Of a stretch of DNA of 64,000 bases, positions 55,673-64,000 are shown piece after piece. Position 1 is the stretch's first letter. Every line of letters starts with the position of its first letter. The notes under the pieces are model-generated. The model was not told where the DNA came from and did not search any database. It saw nothing but the letters and a program-made list of their open reading frames with translations. The position numbers were made by a program, and so were the translations under genes. Location of the stretch: contig OZ024741.1 of assembly GCA_964016885.1 (NCBI GenBank), positions 177,382,001-177,446,000 on the forward strand, read 5' to 3'. The stretch is from Eledone cirrhosa. Taxonomy: Eukaryota.

Positions 55673-57989
55673 TCTTGATGTCTCAGTTCAAATGATGTGT
55701 TTTACCAATAATTCATTGCTTATATTGATGCGGCTAATTTTAAACTGGAACAGATACAAGTCGTCATTTGATAACTGGGGGACAAATTATGTTCGATGGA
55801 AAAGGCTGGTTGGGCATATTGGTTAATGTGGTACATGATATGCAACAAGAGAAAAATTGGTTGTGTGGGCTGAAAAATGGTTGTATTAGTGACATGAAAT
55901 TAGAAATCGCATATAATTCGTCAGCGTCTCAGAAGTGGTAGAAAATGCAACATGAAGAGTCAATGTGTGTACCTGGCTATGTTTGTGAGTGTGTGTGTGT
56001 GTGTTTTTGTGCGTTTGAGATCATATTTGGGGTGGGGCTGTGAATGAGTTGTTCGTCATATGCCAATGAACGATATTTATGGTTATTGGTGTGGCAATTG
56101 AGGCTACCATTTGAATTTTGTTGATTTATCACTCTTGTTTGAGTATATGTATGCTTGACTCCTTAAGACTCCGGAGGAAAAGAAAAAAATCAACAAAAAC
56201 AGTAACACGTTGATGTAAGATATCTAAATATGAGAATAAACAGTTCTGAAGATTAAGAACTAAGCATTTGTGATATCATGTTTGATATATTACGTATTAA
56301 TTCGGAATATTGTGAGGATTATCATTTATAGTGATTTCGAATATTTTTTTTATGTTGTTCAAGAAATAACAATGCTCTCCCTAATGTTTAAATTTCTCAT
56401 GTGTACAGTGACCATTAAAACTATAAATTGACACAATTATTAGAGGGTTAGATAGAAGGCTTTAAGTTGTCCATTCCAATTCTCTGTGCTCTAGGTTTAA
56501 CTCCTCTTAAGGTAAATTTTGGCCATCACCTTTTCCAGAGTGATTACTAACGTACCAGACCACTACTGGGTTATTTATTCCATCTCTTCTATTTTAGGTT
56601 GATAACTGAAGTACTAATCTAGTACTGGGACCGATTCATCTTTCTCACTCTGTCTCTTTTCATCTCAATTACTTTGATGAAAATATTTGGCTTTGTTCAG
56701 ATATGGTGCCCAATGTTATATTGTCGATGGCCCACCGTATTTATACAACGAAGCCCCTACGGTTCCGTCAGTATGTTGGTTCCCATGGGGGATGTACCAC
56801 TGGAAAGAAAATGATTATCAATAGAAAATATTTGAGTTTTATTTCTTGGGGAAAGCAGTGCATATTTGAAGGGAGTTGACAATATACCACGTACATATGA
56901 CCTGTAATTGGACGTTTTTGGGGTGAAATAGAGGTCAGTATCCTCACAGTGTGGACGCCTTTAGAAATGATGAGTAGATCGATAATATACAGTCATAAAA
57001 TATGAGTAGTGTGACAAAACCTCGAGGTATACATGAACTGGTGTTGTGGAATATTAGAGCACAATATATCTCTCTATAATGAGCTTGTATTAAAGGTTGT
57101 GGTTTGGCAAGTTTGTTGACCGTCAGATCAAAAGCCATTGTCATATTTGTTCCGATTTTTTACCTTCAGCGTTCAAATCTTATGGCGTTCAACCTTGCAT
57201 TTCATCCTTCTGGTGCCGATAAAATAAAATAGCAGTCAAAAAGTCAAAGATTGGTGCTCATATAATCAATCTTTACCCTAAAGTCCGATAGTTTTTTGCA
57301 TAACATTGAAATCGATACACACTTATAGTTCCGAAAATACTTATTTTCGTTTTTAAGAGAGCGTATGTTGATTGTATGATATTTCTTTGATATTTCCCTT
57401 TCTTTTATTTCTTTCACGTCGTACTACGCATTGAATACTACATATTTACATATTTAGTCTAGTAGATATGTATATTAGTCAATATCATTTCTGGTGTAAT
57501 ACCTTCTAGATACCGCTAATCTTTCATGACACATTTATAAAATCACATTTTATATGACTTGATTTGATGAATATATTTTTCTAGAAAATAATTTCCTTAA
57601 TATTATTTTCAAACGTATTACATTACAAAGAAACACTGTTGACATCTAACATCGTCATCATTAACATCATGTTAACATCATTAAGATCATGTGACTACCT
57701 TACAAGTCGCAATATCCGTCCTCTCCCACCCACAGCAGCTTTCATAACCACTTATTGCACAATTCTCGTAACCCTGGACGTCGATTAGATTTGAATTTCT
57801 GAGCGGGTTCTGAAAGAGAATGCAAATTGGCAAAGCAATTATTGCAAGAGATTTCGTTTGGCTCTAACAAATCTGCCAAATCTACTGTCATTGGCCGATA
57901 TAATCTATTGACCCAGCATCGATGAAAGATAATCACGGCGGAATTTGAATTTAAAGCACCGAGAGCCAGAACAAATGCTACAGCATGGC

Positions 57990-58290
57990 TTTGTCATTTG
58001 GTACCATTCTAACAATTCTGTCATTTGGTACAACTGCCATTCTAACAATTCTGTCATTTGGTTTATCTACCATTCTAACAATTCTGTCATTTGGTATATC
58101 TACCTTCTAATGATTCTGTCATTTGGTCATCTAATATCACGATTCTGCCATATGGTACATCTGACACTCTCACGATTCTATCATTTGATACCTCAGATAC
58201 TAGCGCAATTCTGACTTTTGGTTGATCTATATATCACAATTCAATTATTTGTTACATCTGACATTCTGACGATTCTGAAATTTGGTACAC
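57990..58290. repeat. ~28-30-bp minisatellite ccattctaacaattctgtcatttggtacatct
   Basis: About ten decaying units following a SINE remnant at 57905-57990. Confidence 0.85.
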
Positions 58291-59265
58291 CAGAGAGACC
58301 AAGATGCAGACATTTGGGACATGTCTACCAAACAAATAATTCACTACACCTGAAGCTGGCGAACGGCTAATAGTACAACTTAACCCCACTGACACTGCTA
58401 ATAAATAAGTCAAAAGAATGACAGACAGCAACAGTCATCTTTCCAATAAAATAATATAGCAATTTGCTTCAGCTTTTCAGATAAACTTCACATACTTTGG
58501 CCAACCTAATGTAAGATTACTTATTAATGATGAGTATATCATGATTCAATTAATGCTTTGGACTAATTAAGAATTCTTCAGATAACTATTAGTTATGCAT
58601 TGGAAGTTCTCTAAAACTGTTCATTCGCTAAAGTGGACGAAATAAATTTTGATTGGTAGATCACAATTAATAACCATAAAAGGTGATCTATGCGTCGCAT
58701 TCATATTATATATGATTTTCATGAATTTGAGCTCAATACCCGTACCACTTATTGTACAAATAAAAAGAAAAATGTACGCAGTCACTTGTCATGGGAAAAT
58801 ACCAACGGACATCAGTTCAAATCACACCAGACCGTCGAAAATCGAAGGAACGCATTGTGATGGTATACACGGGTATATAGCAAATTGGAAAATAATACTT
58901 GAGTGACCATATCTGAACTCTATTTGTTCATATGTATGCTTGACTCCTTAAGACTCCGGAGGAAAAGAAAAATATCAACAAAAACAGTAACAAGTTCATG
59001 TAAGATATCTAAATATGAGAATAAACAATTCTTCACCAAGCTGAAGGTGATTAAATAAATCTTATGTCTGTTTAGATACCTACCTATCATGATAAATTAA
59101 TAAATACGTAGATATTTCCTAAAAGTTGAAATCTTTATTTAGCTTCAATAATTTTTATGTTGGTGCAATATGGCAGCTGTCAAATCTAAATGGGCCAGTG
59201 ATTGTTGATAAGCCGTTTTCATTATGCAGTGTGCATCTGTTTACTTTGAAGACTGTCTTAAGATT

Positions 59266-60280
59266 CAGAATTTAATGTTATTTAATCTAAAAATATTCAA
59301 ATCTTCTAAGTAAGATTTGATAGAGAATAAAATTTGAATATTACACAATATCAGGTTTATTTTTTCCTCACATACAATTCCATAGATAGTGCTGTAATGT
59401 TTTGTCAAAATGGATGATGCCATAATCTGTTTTATGACAGTTTCCTGTGTGGCTGCCGGAAAAGGTAGGTATGGAGGTAAATAAACATCAACTGAACTGA
59501 CCAAAATATATCACCATGCATGTTATCATCAATGCATATTGGTAGATCATGATAATAGCAATTATATTGGCATATGCCGCAAAATATTTAGAGAGACATG
59601 TGACATGTTTTTCAATATTATCTGTACAATTACAGTGGTAAAGAAGTATATCATTTGATAAATTGGTACACTGTCTATCAAAAGTCTAAAGGAGATAACG
59701 CACATTTTTACCCATGGTGTACTCTCCTAAAAGAAATATATGTGTAAGTATAAATGACATTATATTTAGATAATTGTTTCTACTTTTGGCACAAGGCCAG
59801 CAATTACCCAGTGCATTACTGGTACTTTATTTTATCGACCCCGTAAGGATGAAAGGCAAAGTCAACCTCGGCGGGATTTGAACTCAGACCGTAAAGGGAC
59901 GTAACTACGCTGGAAAGCATGGCGTCCGACTCTCTACCAATACTACCATTCCACCGCCCATTCCACATTATATTTAGATAATGCATGCCTAAATGAGGCT
60001 TAAGTGTGTGGAATGTTGAAATTGTCAATATATAACAAGGATAATTAAATTTAAGAGTTGCACGATATATATATCGAAAGATGAGGTTCTCAGCAAGGAG
60101 GGTTTTGTGATCATGTGCATTCAGCAATGTCCGAAAATGTGCTATAACCACACATTATGAGGTGTAACCTACAACTGAAATAACTAAAAGTGTTATATAT
60201 ATACACATAATCGATTGTGACAATTCCATTTCTGTTATGCTGAGATAATTGCATACAAAACCCTGGGAAAATATACGTTA
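59266..60280 (-). pseudogene. Probable decayed single-exon 7TM receptor (Mth/adhesion-GPCR-like), interrupted by a SINE
   Basis: With the SINE removed, a near-open frame reads VCNY..IYITLLVISVVG..RTLLNAH..PCYILTISTFH..YLNIMSFILTHIF..KYFAAYANIIAIIMI..GDIFW; two internal stops. Confidence 0.45.
59770..59960 (-). mobile_element. tRNA-derived SINE with 18-bp TSD
   Basis: acattatatttagataat at 59757-74 and 59965-82. Confidence 0.92.
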
Positions 60281-61100
60281 AGGCTAGAATATAAACAACT
60301 GATCTTTTCCAAAGCATATTTTTATTTACGTTAGACCACATTTTAGCTATCGGATTGAGACTGCATGCTATATATGTGCAGATCGTGTCCACAATATCAA
60401 AACAATGTTACCTATATGTATTCAACCAAACTCTACAACCTTCATACATACGTTTGATTTTCTCTTTTATCTCTTGTGTTGCACCCGAATCGATTACAGT
60501 GATTATGTTCCCAGTTTTCTGATCAACAGTACATATTGCTCATGAAATTAACGTGCATGTGAATGAGCATTCGATAGACACATGCATTGTTTACTGAATT
60601 ATACACCCGATCTTCCCGCGTTCGGGGGCTTATGCGAGACATTATCAATACATCGGTGCTAGAGTTTGTGTTAAGTTTGATTTCGATTTCCAGCAGGGTG
60701 ACCGTTCCGTTCAATCCCTTGAGTGATAAAATAAATGACCAAAAAGGAATTGGATTTGATATTAAAACTGAACCAATATTAGGAATATATATTATGACCT
60801 GTGCTGTACATATATCAAATTATGCTACTTTATCTGTTGAATATTAAGCTTCTTATCTCCCACGAGAGAAATCTAGACACATAATGTGGAGAGTTGCTGT
60901 AATACTGTTGTTGTTGGTGTGGGACTTATGTTGATTGACCAACGACAAAGATTGCTTCTAAGAATAATGTAGAAGGATTTGAGCATTCCACAGTCAGGTA
61001 CACTCATAATGTAGTTTCAGGGTGATTTCTCATGAGGTCATCTGTACCACTGAAAGATACAACTCCTTTTCTCAAGTTATATGGACTCGAGGAATATGAA

Positions 61101-61282
61101 ATAATTGTTTCTATATTTGGCACAAGGCAAGCAATTATCCCTGTGTATTACTGGTACTTTATTTTATCAACCCCGTTAGGATGAAAGGCAAAGTTAACCT
61201 CGGCGGGATTTGAACTCAGACCATAAAGGGACGTAACTCGTTGCTGCAAAGCATGGCACCCTCTACCGATACTGCCAATCCA
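61101..61282 (-). mobile_element. tRNA-derived SINE
   Basis: Same head, core and tail as other copies. Confidence 0.88.
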
Positions 61283-62196
61283 ATTGGTCAGTGTTAGCAC
61301 TTAACCTGGTATCAATGGGCGCGACCTTCGGATTCTGGGCTGGAGAGTCTACCAACTAAGCTACACGCTTTTATGCTGCTATGATATTTAAGAGGGGGGG
61401 GGGTTAGAATTGGAGACATGTTCATGCATTCGAAATAGATCTCATTATGCCAGAGCTCTTTTATAACAAATACCACGGGTGTTAAACTAGAAAAGACATT
61501 TGTAAAATTGAATTTTCTAAGCTGGCATTTTAATATTTTCATTAGAATGGGCTTAAATATATTTATTTCTGTATAATAAGGTATTAATTATACAGCCTTA
61601 TTTGAACCAGATCATGGGTACGCAAATATGTAGTAGAAGTGCAAATCTATTACTAACATTAACACATGGCTACATATTTTAAGAAAGTGTCAAGAAGATT
61701 TAATTATCCCAGTACATTACCAATACGCTCTTTTATCGATCCTACAATGACGAAAGAAAATGTTTGTCGGTGTTTTAATGATTCCACCAATACACCAAAT
61801 TAAGAGGAAGAAAAGTAACACAGTTGTATATGTATTCTTTTTTTTAGATTTTAATCCTAATATGTGTTGCTCACAGTAGCACAAACACCGTTACTTTTAT
61901 TCAATTTGTTTACTGCAGATCACAGTTAACTCTACATACTACAAAAATATATACTTCCCTTTATGTTTAATATAATCAACATTTATAAAACTACAATCGT
62001 AAGGGCCAGAAAATTATTTCAAATCGTTTACACTTATACGTTAATAGAACCAAGTAGATAATATAACTAAAAAGCAAAATAACGTCTGTCTGAGGGTGTG
62101 GACGAATGTGTGTTCAGATGAATAGGTGTTGTGTGACTTTATATACGCACACACACACACTCTCTCTCTCCTAATTACATATATATATATATATAT

Positions 62197-62648
62197 ACAA
62201 TATATTAATAAATGGAAACTATATTTATAAAACCATATTTATTATATTATATATATTTCAAGGGCAACCAAGGCAAATTATGGTCCGCTTTCATCAGATA
62301 AAATAGAGATTTGTTTTATAAATAAATATTGATATACCCGGAAAAAAGACAACCTTAACGGTTGGAGCTTCCTGGATAGTGAAGGAAGCTCCAACCGTTA
62401 AGGTTGTCTTTTTTCCGGGTATGTCAATAATTATTTATAAAACAAATATGTATTTTATCTGGTGAAAGCGCACCATAAAATGCCTTGGTTGCCTTGAAAT
62501 GTATATAATAAAATAAATATGGTTTTATAAATATAGTTTCCATTTATTAATATATTGTGTATTTACTCCTCTAAATTGTTGAGTGCTTTATATCAGTTAT
62601 AAAATGTTTAAGCTTGTTGAATCCCAACAAATTAAATATAACCTCTGT
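62197..62648. mobile_element. Fold-back family A, second copy; hammerhead on minus 62241-62304, decayed mirror ~62451-62514
   Basis: Arms meet at ggagcttcc..ggaagctcc (~62364-62391); right arm has the tail seen at 3585-3676. Confidence 0.88.
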
Positions 62649-62657
62649 ATATATATA

Positions 62658-63140
62658 TAATTTAATATAAAATAAAGATAAACACACACATATACGTATA
62701 TGTGTTCAAATCGTAAGGGACCAGATTTGCTAAGGTGAAAAAATGCTAACTATGGACAATAGGGTTTGCTGGACGCAATTTAAGAATAAATCAAGAAAAT
62801 TAATACAAACCGGAATTGTGGTAACTACCAATCACCAAGACAGCGTTTGGCTATGCTGTTTCGCAAATTAATTGTGAAGTGGAATACCGATTCTTGCCGT
62901 GAGTGGGTGAAGAATTACTATCCTGGTCACTTCTAAGTATATCAGAAAACTGAATAGTGTGCGTATATATAATAACGCACATGGAACTTAGCGTGTCTCA
63001 CAAACTCACACCACTAAAAATAGCAGCCAGGTTTACTCGACTTTAACACATATATGTATATGTCTGTGTTTATCTTTCTTTTATATTCAATTATAATATA
63101 CGGCTCGGAAATATCTCTTTCCTAGAGCTATTTTATTGTA
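62658..63140. repeat. Fold-back element with ~60-bp terminal inverted arms
   Basis: 62658-62715 vs ~63035-63095; shares aaatagcagccagg and tatacggctc with family F. Confidence 0.65.
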
Positions 63141-63173
63141 ACACTATTTTGAGTTTCTAACTCAATATATACC

Positions 63174-63224
<51 letters not shown>

Positions 63225-63555
63225 CTTGAGCTCTGCCGCCGGGGTCATACATTTTCCTATTACCCACTGTACTAACCTAAGTATTGAGTACTCTGGTGCG
63301 TTATGGTCAATCTGGTTCCTTACCACAACTCTTTCGTTATATATATATATATATATGTGTGTGTGTGAGTGTGTGTGCATGTGTGTGTGAGTATATATAT
63401 ATATATATATTGAGTATATGTTGGTTGTGTACCAACACCACAGTATGCAGATTGGAGCACTCGACGAAGTGCGCAGGTTGGTTTGGTTACTCCGAAGTAA
63501 TGTAAAATAAAATAAAATAAATAAGTCAAATGTTTAAAATTTGGCTTCGTTTATT

Positions 63556-63610
63556 ACTGCTATATATATTTCGGTGACAGCCATCTTTGGCTGTGACCTC
63601 TTCAGGCAGT
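63556..63610 (-). ncRNA. Type I hammerhead ribozyme inside fold-back element 63410-63990
   Basis: Minus: actgc-CTGAAGA-ggtcacagcc aaagat ggctgtcacc-GAAA-tatata-TA-gcagt; arms 63504-63555 and 63939-63990 inverted. Confidence 0.85.
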
Positions 63611-64000
63611 CCGAATTAGTGTGGTAGAGACGAGTACACATGTTGCTGAGGTGTTTAACTTTGTCAATACTCTGATATGCCCAGTTCCTGGTTGGGTTGT
63701 TATTTCACTGAGGAACTGGAATCATATGAATTTAAACAAATGAATTTCAGCATCAAAGGGTCTCTTCTTCTCTCATTGGTCAGTTGTTAGAACATTCCTC
63801 AGTCAAAAGTCTACAGAAATTCGTTGTGAGGCAAGCCAATCTGCAGTTGTTGTTCTTGTTATTGTTAGGTACATCTGACCTCTGAGCTGACTCCAACAAC
63901 AACACCACTACCAACATAAGCATAGAGGTCAGATGTACCTAATAAACGAAGCCAAATTTTAAACATTTGATTTATTTATTTTATTTTATATATATATGTG

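Noticed and set aside
57990-58290. CRISPR-like array
   Set aside because: No unique spacers, decaying tandem units, eukaryotic context, no cas genes

Overview
AT-rich, microsatellite-dense eukaryotic intergenic or intronic DNA. The repeat content suggests a cephalopod (Octopus-like) genome; this is an inference. No intact host gene is evident, and most ORFs in the track are (TA)n/(CA)n artefacts. Recognisable elements: two 5'-truncated Penelope-like retroelements (PLEs; RT plus GIY-YIG; 4268-6378 minus and 18402-20345 plus), an RTE LINE with a twin-priming-type inversion, a Tx1/L1 3' fragment, an R4/Dong-like RLE fragment in (TAA)n, an internally deleted mariner with ~110-bp TIRs, several tRNA-derived SINEs, older LINE relics and a probable decayed 7TM (Mth/adhesion-like GPCR) pseudogene split by a SINE. 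The main observation is that the (TA)n tracts are packed with many unrelated, non-coding 0.2-1.4 kb fold-back (inverted-repeat) or tandem mini-elements. At least a dozen of them carry a type I hammerhead ribozyme fold readable by eye: stem I - CUGANGA - stem II - GAAA - mostly palindromic stem III - UH - stem I'. Stems covary between families, and non-canonical cores recur (U3-A8, C4, and a possible UAUGAUGUA variant). One of these hammerheads sits at the 3' end of a protein-coding PLE, which links the mini-elements to PLE mobilisation. All folds were assigned manually and none was computed.
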